Shown here: piece after piece, positions 1 through 9,203 of the stretch
Layout of the letters: every line of letters starts with the position of its first letter
Position numbering within the stretch: the stretch's first letter is position 1
Program-made: the position numbers and the translations under genes
DNA from: a virus
Lineage: Duplodnaviria; Caudoviricetes
Reading direction: 5' to 3' (one strand)
Length of the DNA: 59,649 nucleotides
Virus record (IMG/VR): IMGVR_UViG_3300037089_000087
Location: 1-59,649 of that record
The notes under the pieces: generated by a model
What the model was told of the DNA's origin: nothing
Seen by the model: only the letters and a program-made list of their open reading frames with translations
Databases searched by the model: none

Positions 1-390
1 AAGCATGCTGTGGTACTGAATAAGCAACGCCTCATAAACGTCAGAAAACACTAGGGTGCAGACGGGTCGCGCTATCTCCCACATCTTTTGATAATGTCCA
101 GGCTTGAGCTGTTCGAGCCATGCCTTGAAACGCTTTTCATCTCTGTGGCAATCTGCATGACAGATTTCACACAAAGGCAAAAGATTCTCGATTAATGCAC
201 AAGTGCCAGAGTATGAACGATGAACGATGTGATGAGCCGTCAATGCACAGATACGTCCGCAAAAACTACACCGTCCCCTAGCAATGAGACATGCAATCTT
301 ACCAGCAACGTCTATCGCCTTCTCTCGATATGTTCGGTGTTCTGAATCGTCTGGGTATTCTTGTTTAGGATATGGCTTTGTATAGTTCAT
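1..390 (-). CDS. NinG/Rap-like HNH zinc-finger nuclease (3' partial, runs off window)
   Basis: Hand translation from ATG 390: ...RGRCSFCGRICALTAHHIVHRSY...ENLLPLCEICHADCH (CxxC..HH..N..LCxxCH); open to window edge; GAGGAGG upstream. Confidence 0.7.
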   Translation of the reverse strand, partial: MNYTKPYPKQEYPDDSEHRTYREKAIDVAGKIACLIARGRCSFCGRICALTAHHIVHRSYSGTCALIENLLPLCEICHADCHRDEKRFKAWLEQLKPGHYQKMWEIARPVCTLVFSDVYEALLIQYHSML

Positions 391-512
391 GGAACCATTG
401 CCTCCTCTATCGTCCAGCCAGCTTTAATTCTTTTTCTAAATCTACCATCTGGAATGTGAAATATATTGGCCCATTCTGCTATGGTATGACTTACTCCATT
501 ATATTCTATTTT
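387..512 (-). pseudogene. C-terminal remnant of an HNH-type homing endonuclease
   Basis: Translates KIEYNGVSHTIAEWANIFHIPDGRFRKRIKAGWTIEEAMVP*, similar to the C-terminus of the 24277..24957 protein (IEHHGQRKTLAQWSEITGIP..RLRYGWSVERAF); begins exactly at the IS right end. Confidence 0.65.
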
Positions 513-760
513 TTGATACTCCCCACGCCTAAAGGCGGGGGATTCTAGGCGGCTACGCCGCCCTTAACTGTTTCAACCAGCGTTGCTGGCTTTCGCCAGA
601 CTGACACACTGTCCGCAGTCGTTTAACGTCTCCATGTATCCCAAGGCGACGAGAATTCTAATACCTTCCGCTTTCAGATTGAGAGATGCGTTGCCATCCC
701 TGCGGTGGTGTGTTCCGCAGGATGGACAAATCCAGTCTCTATCCGAAAGGGTAATACACG
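513..760 (-). mobile_element. tnpB: IS200/IS605 remnant: TnpB C-terminal fragment plus right-end hairpin/omegaRNA region
   Basis: LSDRDWICPSCGTHHRRDGNASLNL (Zn ribbon and RuvC-III D-x-N-A-S); end sequence GAATCCCCCGCCTTTAGGCGTGGGGAGTA-TCAA typical of IS605 right ends; left junction approximate. Confidence 0.8.
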
Positions 761-1248
761 GCTGGCTCGTGGATATGCTGAGGCTTTTCAATTCCTGCCA
801 GCATTCCGAAATAGTCGTAGGCATCCTCGATGTCCTCGAAGATGACACCGCTCATTTCGAGAATGAACGCATGGTTGTGGATGTTTTCTTTCGGCAGGAC
901 GGTGATAATGAGCTTGTCTTTGGCATACGCCCTCGACATCTCGGAAACAGTTCCTACAGATACCCTGTCTTTGCAACGAGTAAAATCTGGGAACAGAATA
1001 TCGCATTGGTCAACACGCCAGAAGTCCACGGCGCGGATGGCCTTGTTGGTTGTCACAGGGTTATGGTCATAGCCAGTCGCACGAAGCTCCAGTTCGTTCC
1101 GCAGGTGTTCTTGAGCAACCCATGGATGAAGAACATTGTAGCCCATTTTCGTGAGCCGTTCGGAGCGTTTTTCAAAACACTCTTTTATGGCATCGTAGGA
1201 ATGACCAGAAACTCCACCTACGCAGTACACCGTATATGGTTTTAGCAT
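739..1248 (-). CDS. Nucleoside 2-deoxyribosyltransferase/RCL-like nucleotide hydrolase
   Basis: VYCVGGVSG ... DFWRVDQCDIL ... SVGTVSEMSRAYAKDKLII motif pattern. Confidence 0.75.
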   Translation of the reverse strand: MLKPYTVYCVGGVSGHSYDAIKECFEKRSERLTKMGYNVLHPWVAQEHLRNELELRATGYDHNPVTTNKAIRAVDFWRVDQCDILFPDFTRCKDRVSVGTVSEMSRAYAKDKLIITVLPKENIHNHAFILEMSGVIFEDIEDAYDYFGMLAGIEKPQHIHEPAVYYPFG

Positions 1249-1261
1249 GTCACATTTCCTT

Positions 1262-1804
1262 TCAATGGAAAGTTATAACGCCCTTGTCCACTAATATTGC
1301 GAACATGGAGTTCTTCAGCCTGTCAATCTCTCCGCTCTTGGCAGACAGGGTAAAATCTGGAACGATGAGGTCTTGATATGTTTCTGATGGATGAGAGCTT
1401 CCGGCCAGCTCATTCGTGTATCCTTCCCGAATGACTTTGACGGTCACGCCATATGGATATGATTTTATCCACCTAGCTTCGTTTGGGAAACGTACATCAT
1501 CGATAACGAACTTGGTAAACCTGTAACGCATGCGTTGGTCGTAAGCTGGTTGTAATGCCTTTACCCAGTAGTCAGGGTCAACCTGATTTCTAAAGAGGTC
1601 GGTACCAACCTTCTGAAGGATTTCCCTGCTATGAGCCGTTTTCTCGATGTAGCATTCATCATATGTTACCAGACCTGCCTTGATGCACATTTTCTTGAGC
1701 CGTTCGGCAAATGAAATCTTTACGAATCCGTGCTGGTCTATGAGATACTGACCGATAGTTGTTTTGCCTGAATATGCCTTGCCGATAATTCCAACGATAA
1801 TCAT
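1262..1804 (-). CDS. Deoxynucleoside monophosphate kinase
   Basis: P-loop GKAYSGKTT, SFAERLK, REILQKVGTD, VIDDVRFPNE, HPSE. Confidence 0.9.
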   Translation of the reverse strand: MIIVGIIGKAYSGKTTIGQYLIDQHGFVKISFAERLKKMCIKAGLVTYDECYIEKTAHSREILQKVGTDLFRNQVDPDYWVKALQPAYDQRMRYRFTKFVIDDVRFPNEARWIKSYPYGVTVKVIREGYTNELAGSSHPSETYQDLIVPDFTLSAKSGEIDRLKNSMFAILVDKGVITFH

Positions 1805-1819
1805 TTTGGAATCCCCTTT

Positions 1820-1918
1820 CTATTTGAATGTCCATATAAAATAAACGATGCAAAATACTATAAAAACTATCACGAACAGACGGCTCATTACAATCGATGC
1901 TTTCCCCCAATCAAACAT
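1820..1918 (-). CDS. Small single-TM membrane protein (32 aa)
   Basis: MFDWGKASIVMSRLFVIVFIVFCIVYFIWTFK*; RBS GAAAGGGG. Confidence 0.55.
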   Translation of the reverse strand: MFDWGKASIVMSRLFVIVFIVFCIVYFIWTFK

Positions 1919-1929
1919 AATCTCCCCTT

Positions 1930-2070
1930 TCATTTGCTATATATATTGTACGCGGTGGCGAAACCAGCAAAAAATAATATCACCCATAGCGCAACATTCG
2001 ATACAATCACCAATCTTCGCTTGTCTTTCTCATGTCTCAACCGATTCCCACAAAGTTTTTTTTGCAACAC
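1930..2070 (-). CDS. Small single-TM membrane protein (46 aa, GTG start)
   Basis: MLQKKLCGNRLRHEKDKRRLVIVSNVALWVILFFAGFATAYNIYSK*; RBS GAAAGGAG 7 nt upstream. Confidence 0.55.
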   Translation of the reverse strand: MLQKKLCGNRLRHEKDKRRLVIVSNVALWVILFFAGFATAYNIYSK

Positions 2071-2083
2071 GGCTCATCTCCTT

Positions 2084-2233
2084 TCATTTGATTGTTAAAT
2101 AATACTGCCAAGCCATGCCGAGAAAAAAGGCAATCATAAACTTAACGATGTCGTGTGCGAGTTTATTCCTTCGCTCCCTGCTCTTTTGATTAACCTGCAA
2201 CCGCCTTCTCCAGTCATTCTGATATATAGTCAT
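2084..2233 (-). CDS. Small single-TM membrane protein (49 aa)
   Basis: MTIYQNDWRRRLQ...IVKFMIAFFLGMAWQYYLTIK*; ATGA overlap with HTH gene; AGGAG upstream. Confidence 0.55.
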   Translation of the reverse strand: MTIYQNDWRRRLQVNQKSRERRNKLAHDIVKFMIAFFLGMAWQYYLTIK

Positions 2234-2421
2234 ATCTTCACTCCTTTGCTATTTAATCCCATCTTTTTTAATAATCCGTTGATTCTGGTGCTTGGAGGTT
2301 GGTGGGTTCCAGCTTTCCAGGAGAGCAGTTCTCTCCTTGATATCCCAATGATTTTCGCTGCCATCGTAGCACTTAAGTCGTGCTTTTTCATGTACCTTTT
2401 GAGAACTGTTTGGAATTTCAT
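2230..2421 (-). CDS. XRE/Cro-like helix-turn-helix regulator
   Basis: LSATMAAKIIGISRRELLSWKAGTHQP HTH_3-like pattern; ATG 2421 lies 7 nt after a -10 box. Confidence 0.75.
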   Translation of the reverse strand: MKFQTVLKRYMKKHDLSATMAAKIIGISRRELLSWKAGTHQPPSTRINGLLKKMGLNSKGVKI

Positions 2422-2428
2422 AGCCCCT

Positions 2429-2457
2429 ATACTACCACAACTGAAAGTAAATTGCAA
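2429..2457 (-). promoter_or_regulatory. Sigma70-type leftward promoter (leaderless)
   Basis: TTGCAA-17 nt-TAGTAT with TG extended -10, then 7 nt to ATG. Confidence 0.7.
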
Positions 2458-2545
2458 GCTTTTTTTTCATATTATGTAGTGAAACTTGTTTCTAGGTTGC
2501 ATCTTGGCATAGTGAAAAAAAGTGACAGCGCACAGCATTATTATC

Positions 2546-2574
2546 TTGACATTGTTTGCGAGATATGGTAGTAT
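2546..2574 (+). promoter_or_regulatory. Sigma70-type rightward promoter (leaderless)
   Basis: TTGACA-17 nt-TAGTAT with TG extended -10, then 5 nt to ATG 2580. Confidence 0.75.
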
Positions 2575-2579
2575 AAGGC

Positions 2580-3032
2580 ATGATTAAGAACAAATGTATC
2601 GTAGATGGTTGTGACAAGGTAGCTCGTGCTAGAGGATTATGCCCTCCGCACTATTATAAGTTTGCCCACGAAGATATACGACAAAGGCATTGTCCAGACA
2701 CCATTCGGATTGCAGACATTCCTCGGAGCCAGCAGTCTTATACAATCAATTATGATAATATATGGTTGGATAAAAAACTTCAGCGTGTATTGCATACTCT
2801 TACCGAACGTGAGTATCTGGTTATATCGTTTAGATATGGTTTAAATGGAGAATGCGAACATACGCTTGAAGAGTGCGGACAGGAATTTGAGGTCACGAGA
2901 GAACGCATCCGTCAGATTGAAGCAAAAGCTCTTAGGAAGCTACGGCATCCAGATAGGTCAAAATATTTAAAGCCGTTCATGTCAGGTGAAGAAACCCACC
3001 CTCAACCGAATCTCCAAGATTCAGGTAATTAG
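2580..3032 (+). CDS. Sigma70 region-4-only protein with N-terminal Cys/His zinc finger
   Basis: [15 protein letters not shown]...[34 protein letters not shown] closely matches RpoD region 4.2; N-terminal [14 protein letters not shown]; no region 2. Confidence 0.85.
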   Translation: MIKNKCIVDGCDKVARARGLCPPHYYKFAHEDIRQRHCPDTIRIADIPRSQQSYTINYDNIWLDKKLQRVLHTLTEREYLVISFRYGLNGECEHTLEECGQEFEVTRERIRQIEAKALRKLRHPDRSKYLKPFMSGEETHPQPNLQDSGN

Positions 3033-3039
3033 GGAGACA

Positions 3040-3330
3040 CAGACGGCTTATATTACCCGACCTGTAGGGTAAATCAGGGGAGCAAAGACGCGCTCGAATC
3101 GGGTCAAAGGTGATAAGGCTTCTCACCGCACGAACGAACAAAACAGCTCGAAGGGCTGTTAATCTCAATAGAAGGATGGTGAGCCTATACGACAAAACGA
3201 ACCAAAAAATGCTATTGATATGTCGTAGACCAAGGACGCTCTTCGGAGCGTCCGAATAAACCGGAACGTGCCGTTTCACCTACGGCACTAAACAAGCTCC
3301 GTAGTCGGGGTAACAGCCGATTACGGAGTA
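3040..3330 (+). ncRNA. Candidate structured RNA or 5' leader (multi-hairpin)
   Basis: Hairpins AACAGCTC/GGGCTGTT (3142-3160), GGACGCTC-TTCG-GAGCGTCC (3234-3253), GTGCCGT/ACGGCAC (3268-3288), CTCCGTAGTCGG/CCGATTACGGAG (3297-3328); no credible sense ORF. Confidence 0.5.
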
Positions 3331-3356
3331 CAAATCTAAACATAAGGAGAAAAATC

Positions 3357-4091
3357 ATGAAGAAAAGTATTTTGGTGCTAATATTAATTGTAGTATTGTC
3401 AATGCTCGGCGTTGCTCCGTTGATGGCCACGCCAGCCTCGGTGAACACTTCTGATTCTGCTGTATCTGGAAGTATTAGTCAGCAAACAGATGGTGTCATC
3501 AACACATCAGGATTCGGCGTTACGCTTAACAAGTCAGGCGCAGGAGCAGGTGGTGGTCAAACCAGTAGTGCCTCGTTTGGTGCGAATCCGTCAGACCCAG
3601 TTGGGGAATCGGCAACTGGTAACGCTTCATTGAACGGTCAAACAACCGTACAGGCAACTACATCCAAGGTCAACAATGTCGTTACATCCACGGCAAACGG
3701 CTCAACTCAGACTGGTCTTCCGATAGTAAGCCCAACGGACGTTGTGAATGTCAGCGAACAGTTTAACTCTTCTGGTGTTCCTACGGCCTTCAGCACACTT
3801 TCAGGGTCAGGGTCTATGCAAGCGAATACTCTTTCACAGATTGGCCTCGGAACTGATGGCAAGCTGGCTGGCAACGGAACTTTTGCCCAGACAACGGGTT
3901 ACGGCTCATTCAGCTTTACAGTAAACAGTCCGGCTGGTGCTCCTTACCTTAATTGGGAAGGTGCTGGTATTACAACCGTTGGTGGCACGTCTACATCTGC
4001 ACCGATAGTCGTTGGCGGGAAAACCATCGGGTACACCTCTTCGTCTTCGGCTACGGTCAATTCTACTGCGTGTCCGGCAGGGTCGAAGTAG
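3357..4091 (+). CDS. Secreted Ser/Thr/Gly-rich protein
   Basis: Signal peptide MKKSILVLILIVVLSMLGVAPLMA; RBS AAGGAG; low-complexity polar body. Confidence 0.75.
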   Translation: MKKSILVLILIVVLSMLGVAPLMATPASVNTSDSAVSGSISQQTDGVINTSGFGVTLNKSGAGAGGGQTSSASFGANPSDPVGESATGNASLNGQTTVQATTSKVNNVVTSTANGSTQTGLPIVSPTDVVNVSEQFNSSGVPTAFSTLSGSGSMQANTLSQIGLGTDGKLAGNGTFAQTTGYGSFSFTVNSPAGAPYLNWEGAGITTVGGTSTSAPIVVGGKTIGYTSSSSATVNSTACPAGSK

Positions 4092-4116
4092 GGCGCGGTA
4101 AGAGAGGGACAAAACA

Positions 4117-4989
4117 ATGAAGAAAATCATTATGTTATGTATGTTGCTTGCCTTGCTTGCGTTGCCTTTTAGTGCGTTTGCAGGAACAAATAACATCAAT
4201 ACGAACGCAAACTCGTCTAACTCTGGGTCTGCTGCTTCCGCAAACCCGTCCAACAGCGTTGTCCAGAACAGCACTACCAATCCAGCAACGGGCAGGAACT
4301 TCGAGTACCCAGCCCAGCTTATGAATGCGCCCGTGATGACTTATCTAGGGCCGTGGACTTCGGGTTCAAACATACTGGACGACCTTTCTACGCTTCCATC
4401 GGCAATTTCCTTGCAAGAAGCAAAGGACAATTATGACGGTGGGGTAAGTGCCAAGTTCTATAAGATGGCAGACGGCTCAATACAGTACAAAGTCGTAAAG
4501 CTCTTGTCAACACTTCCCATGAAAACTCTTTTGGACAAAGACGGCAACCCCGTCAAGACAAAAGATGGGAAAGAAATCATGATGCCAGATGGTAAGAAAT
4601 TTACTCACATCGGGTACATTTATCTCAATGGTGACAGGAAAGCTACCACACACGACATTCTGTATAAGGCTGTGATGATTGCCGGAAAGAACGGTGCCAG
4701 CGCAATCGTGTTGTTGAAGAGAGTTACTGGTACTGGAACGTATTCTTCAGGCTCCACGTTCGGAATAACTTTTGTTGCAAGCTCAATGAATACTCCAGGC
4801 ACAATATCGACAGCAACTTCTGCCGGAATTGGGGTGAGCAATGCAACAGCCAAACCACTATACGAAGACGGTTGGGTGGTGTTGGCGATTCAGGAAATAG
4901 AACCTGTAAGTAATCCAACTGCAACCACATCGGAATCACAGACGGTCACGCAGACGGTAACGCAGAAAGTAACAAAGACCACGAAGTAA
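4117..4989 (+). CDS. Secreted protein of unknown function
   Basis: Signal peptide ending AFA; Asn/Ser-rich N-terminus; RBS GAGG. Confidence 0.75.
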   Translation: MKKIIMLCMLLALLALPFSAFAGTNNINTNANSSNSGSAASANPSNSVVQNSTTNPATGRNFEYPAQLMNAPVMTYLGPWTSGSNILDDLSTLPSAISLQEAKDNYDGGVSAKFYKMADGSIQYKVVKLLSTLPMKTLLDKDGNPVKTKDGKEIMMPDGKKFTHIGYIYLNGDRKATTHDILYKAVMIAGKNGASAIVLLKRVTGTGTYSSGSTFGITFVASSMNTPGTISTATSAGIGVSNATAKPLYEDGWVVLAIQEIEPVSNPTATTSESQTVTQTVTQKVTKTTK

Positions 4990-5008
4990 GTTCGTATCTT
5001 TTGAATCG

Positions 5009-5035
5009 TGGGGAAGCCTCGGTTTCCCCATTTTT
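5009..5035 (+). terminator. Rho-independent terminator
   Basis: TGGGGAAGC-CTCG-GTTTCCCCA followed by TTTTT. Confidence 0.7.
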
Positions 5036-5058
5036 CAAAACATATGAAAGGTGATACC

Positions 5059-5445
5059 ATGAGAGAGATAAAATTCAGAGCGTGGGATAAACCATCTAAA
5101 AATAATAAAGGTCTTGGTAAAATGCACTATGATGGTATTCTATTAGATATGGCAAATTGCTATAGATTTTCTATTCTCCTTCAGAAAGATTTTGGCGGTT
5201 CATACCCTACTAATATTATACTCATGCAATTCACAGGACTCAAAGATAAGAATGGCAAGGAAATCTTCGAGGGGGACATACTAGAAAGATATTCCGCCAT
5301 GGTTCCAAGAGGTTCTAATCCGTTCGTTCGTAGCGTTGTCGAATGGCAGGAGTATCGTTGGGAAGGAATTGGGGGGTTTATGTCAGGGGTAGTCATCGGG
5401 AATATATACGAGAATTCTGAACTCTTAAAGGAGAGCAAATCATGA
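5059..5445 (+). CDS. YopX-family phage protein
   Basis: MREIKFRAWDK...LMQFTGLKDKNGKEIFEGDIL...VIGNIYENSELL. Confidence 0.9.
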   Translation: MREIKFRAWDKPSKNNKGLGKMHYDGILLDMANCYRFSILLQKDFGGSYPTNIILMQFTGLKDKNGKEIFEGDILERYSAMVPRGSNPFVRSVVEWQEYRWEGIGGFMSGVVIGNIYENSELLKESKS

Positions 5446-6637
5446 AACTATTTGCGGGTCGCACTTCTGATGGAGACTATGAACTCGGAACAAGCAAAAA
5501 GGATTTCGAGGGGGATTATGGATTTACCGATGGCACATATCTAATGTTTTTTTGTGCGCGGTTTTTCCAGAAATTCACCGATTTACGGCTCAGAAAAGGC
5601 GAGGTTGTAGAAATCGCCCATCCAATCCATCTCAGCATAATGAAGGAGAAGTAATTATGAGCGTATTCCGAATCATCAAGCGTAATCTTGTGCGGTCTAT
5701 GCAGATGCAGAAAATTACGGCTCATACATATCGAGACTTGCGACCTAGAGACAAGTTCGGTAATTTACTAGACTACTGTGCAAACGTAGAAAAGGAGAGG
5801 AGAGAAAAACATGATACAAACAGCGCAATGGAAAGGTAAGACTTTCGCATTGGAATGCGAGTGTAAAGAGCGCGGAGGCCATAAGTGGCGCGACAGACTT
5901 GCTAAGTTCGGATTTGATAGCATGGAATGCCCGATAGGTTTCTGTGATACATGCGAGAAGTCCCCGTGGATAATACTTCCGATACGAGGTAACAATGAAG
6001 ACTCCAAAAGAGATTGAGGAATATGAAAAGTTTTATCCTGAACAATGCAACGAAGATGGTAAGTCGCACGTACCAGACTGCGTTGCCTTGCTATGTAAAT
6101 TCCATACAACGGGCATAGGGTGTCTCCATCCTTTGCACCCGACAAACTTAATCTATCTTGACGAGGAGAGCGAACGTGCCTAGAAAATCACATGTCATGA
6201 AAATATACAAAGGCAATAAAATTCCCCACGGAGAATATTACGTCCGTAAAGACAATGTTGTTCTGTCTCCAGAGAACCCAGATGGTCTGCGTGACAAGCG
6301 GGAATTTCCAAGCATCAACCAAGCTAAACATCATTGCTTAACCCTCATGCAGAGCGGAAAACAAATTACAGTCAAATAGGAAAGGACGGCTCACACTATG
6401 GAGATAATTCATTACTGCATCCTGTATTATATAATCGGACTTGTGACCATGGCTTTATGGGCATACTATCAAGGTGATGAGGTTGACTGGCAAGATGTTG
6501 CTTGGGGTATGTTCCTTGCGCTTATCTGGCCTTGGATGATGATAATATTTATTGTCTCTATCATTAGAGATGCTCTTGCGCCATGGTGGGGAAGAGTTAA
6601 GAGAAAAGTGATTTGGAAAGGGAGAGATATATCATGA
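5442..6637 (+). other. Run of small hypothetical early genes (5442-5654, ~5657-5839, 5811-6017, 5995-6183, ~6176-6379, 6398-6637 membrane protein)
   Basis: Tightly packed or overlapping ORFs with GGAG/GAGG RBSs. Confidence 0.55.
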
Positions 6638-7545
6638 TGAACATTTTTCGATATGAGCCGTCAATGGGAGTTCCTCAGACTCCGGGTATTTATCTCAATA
6701 TGCCATATAGCGTCTATCATGTGATTCCTGCCATACGGAGTACCTATCTCAAGAAGCTCGATGAATGCCCAGCATCGGCTCTCGTTGATTTAAAAGAGAC
6801 CAAGGCACTCAAGCTAGGGCGTTTGGGTCACACTTTCATACTTGAAGGGATGGATGCGTTCAACGCGCAGTATGCGGTAGTGCCGAACACTCAAGAATTT
6901 CTTGAAAATAAAAATAGCAACGTATACAAACAGGCATTTGCTAAATTTCAAAATGATAATATCGGTAAAATCATTATTCCCGTGTCGAGCGTTCGAGACC
7001 CAGACCAGTCAGACTTGGAAATGCTCAAGGCAATCCAGCATAACCTCATGCTTCACCCTACGGCAAAGAGAATTTTGGCTGGTCATCCGGTGGAACAGAG
7101 CATACTGTGGATTGATAAAGAAACTGGCTGTCTCTGCAAAATCAGAACAGACTTGGCACCATTTGAAAGTATTCGGGCAATCGGAGACCTGAAGATTATG
7201 GAGGATGTTTCGGAGTATGGGTTCGGTCAGGCAATCCGTAAGTTCGGATATTTCTTGAGTATGGCAATGTACTTAGAGGGTGCAAGCATAGCTTACGGAG
7301 AACATTTTGATATCGCATTCTTCATCTGCGGAGAGAAGGAATCACACATGGTCGCCGTGCATGAACTAGACCAAGATTACATAGAACATGGTCAAAACGA
7401 GTTCCATAGACTTCTACGAGTACACAAACAGCGCATGGAAGACACCAACCCAGAGACGGGTCAAAAAGGATGGTTCATGCCCTGGCAACATTCGGGAGTT
7501 GTGGTGCAAAGATTTCCAGCATACTTGCGAGGTGACAGCGCATGA
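6634..7545 (+). CDS. RecE/ExoVIII-like PD-(D/E)XK exonuclease (DUF3799-like)
   Basis: PGIYLNMPYSVYH, LGRLGHTFILE, EQSILW..CKIRTD..IGDLK, YFLSMAMY. Confidence 0.85.
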   Translation: MMNIFRYEPSMGVPQTPGIYLNMPYSVYHVIPAIRSTYLKKLDECPASALVDLKETKALKLGRLGHTFILEGMDAFNAQYAVVPNTQEFLENKNSNVYKQAFAKFQNDNIGKIIIPVSSVRDPDQSDLEMLKAIQHNLMLHPTAKRILAGHPVEQSILWIDKETGCLCKIRTDLAPFESIRAIGDLKIMEDVSEYGFGQAIRKFGYFLSMAMYLEGASIAYGEHFDIAFFICGEKESHMVAVHELDQDYIEHGQNEFHRLLRVHKQRMEDTNPETGQKGWFMPWQHSGVVVQRFPAYLRGDSA

Positions 7546-8273
7546 GCTATATAGAGAATCCAAAAACAAAAGGTAGTGGAATCGTTGCCTGTATACCGCA
7601 AAAGGGTCTATGCCCGAACGGTTGCGAAGATTGTTTTTTCCAATCTGGACGCTCTTACCTTGAACCTCTCGACAAGAATCTTCCCAACATGCCATTAAAG
7701 CATACTACGGAAGGAAGACTTGTTCGGGTAAACGATGGTAATGATAGCGCATGGGAGAGCGACAAGGTAATCAAGAGAACCAGAAAATATGACATGAAGT
7801 TTTACAACACCTCAGACCTCAACGGCGTTGGGTGTTTTAATGCTCCGGTAGTGGTGACAATCAACCCATCGAGTCTGACGGATGAAACATTTATGGCTTT
7901 CGATACTAGATATTCCAAGATGAGAGACAATCTTATGTTTGTGAGGGTTAGAACGAATACATGGAATCTCGATAAAGTTGTGCGCCCAGCGGTTAAGTTC
8001 TGGTCGGAACAGTCGATTCCAGTTGTTCTAACCTTCATGGCGTACTATGAGCAGAAGCCGATGATGGGAATCGATTATGTGTTCCGTAAAAGAACTCTCA
8101 ATTCATACTGGGCGATTACAACTGCCGCGTGGATGAAGATAATGGATGAGTTCCGGCTGAACAAGTGGGTATCGTCATGCGGAAAGATTGAGGGTGAGCT
8201 TGGTACAACCTCATGTCGGTTCTGCGGTAACTGCCTTCGGGAATACTTTGCTACTATGGAGCGTATGAGATGA
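7542..8273 (+). CDS. Radical SAM-like protein
   Basis: CPNGCEDC (CxxxCxxC) near the N-terminus; C-terminal CRFCGNC. Confidence 0.65.
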   Translation: MSYIENPKTKGSGIVACIPQKGLCPNGCEDCFFQSGRSYLEPLDKNLPNMPLKHTTEGRLVRVNDGNDSAWESDKVIKRTRKYDMKFYNTSDLNGVGCFNAPVVVTINPSSLTDETFMAFDTRYSKMRDNLMFVRVRTNTWNLDKVVRPAVKFWSEQSIPVVLTFMAYYEQKPMMGIDYVFRKRTLNSYWAITTAAWMKIMDEFRLNKWVSSCGKIEGELGTTSCRFCGNCLREYFATMERMR

Positions 8274-9202
8274 TTAAGTTTGTTCGCGGTATACATTCAG
8301 ACTATCTTGCCAATGTGAAGAAGTACAGGAACATATACACATGGAATTGTTGGATACGGACATTGCTTGACCCGAAAAAACAGGCATTACAAACCATACT
8401 TCAGCATGCACGTCAGATTAAATGGGGAGACAGGGAAACCGTAATATGCAACGAAAATAACGAGAAACGAGAAGAAATCTTATCCGATGTCCTGAAGGCA
8501 TCCGAAAGGTTGGGGTTACGATATGAAAACTAAAATTGTCCACGTAACGATTACCAAGATGCACAATAGAAGGATTGGTCTCGCACAACTCAGCGATGGT
8601 AGCTGGTACATAAAGTGCAAGTCTCTGTGCGTGAACCTCGGAACGGGTCATAAATTTAGAGATGAAAATGTCATGAAACTCACATCTGAAGCGATGAACG
8701 CTCTTATGACAATGTATACAGAGATAATAATGACAAACGTCTTACACTATAACAAGGAGAAATGACAATGAACGAAAGGCAATGCTTATCGAGATGTGCA
8801 AGAATGTGGTTGTGGCTGGCTAAGAATCCAGACATGACAAAGGAAGATTATTTCCTAGCTCACCCAAAACTCAAACCGATTAAGTGTGATTGCTACTGCT
8901 GTGAATATGCGACAAACGGTGGAGCTGAAGCGTTTCGAGATGTGTGCTGGAAATGCCCGTTGATTACACTATGGACTAGTAAACCTAAGCCAAAAACAAA
9001 TACTCTGAAGAGGAGATGGAATGATTATAAGGTTGGCACCTGCGAACGAGGTGGGAGTCCATATAATATATGGCGAAGTATTCGACATTGTTCAGGCGAT
9101 GTAGATGAATCAAGAGACAAACTTTCTTCAGAGTGTGCTATGCAGATTGTGGAATTCTGCCGTAAGAAATTACGGCTCATGGATAAGAAAAGGGGTAAAT
9201 GA
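8270..9202 (+). other. Three hypothetical genes (8270-8533, 8523-8765, 8762-9202 Cys-rich)
   Basis: Coupled ORFs with overlapping start/stop codons. Confidence 0.55.
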
Positions 9203-9203
9203 C

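Noticed and set aside
583-1245. 220-aa plus-strand ORF
   Set aside because: Antisense shadow of the NDT-like gene and TnpB remnant; no recognisable motifs.
2056-2063. A8 run as a possible frameshift site in a small membrane ORF
   Set aside because: A GTG start 7 nt after the RBS gives an intact frame, so no frameshift is needed.
2100-2120. TGGCAGT as a third copy of the promoter-spacer motif or a sigma54 site
   Set aside because: Falls inside a small coding ORF (W-Q codons) and lacks GG-N10-GC spacing.
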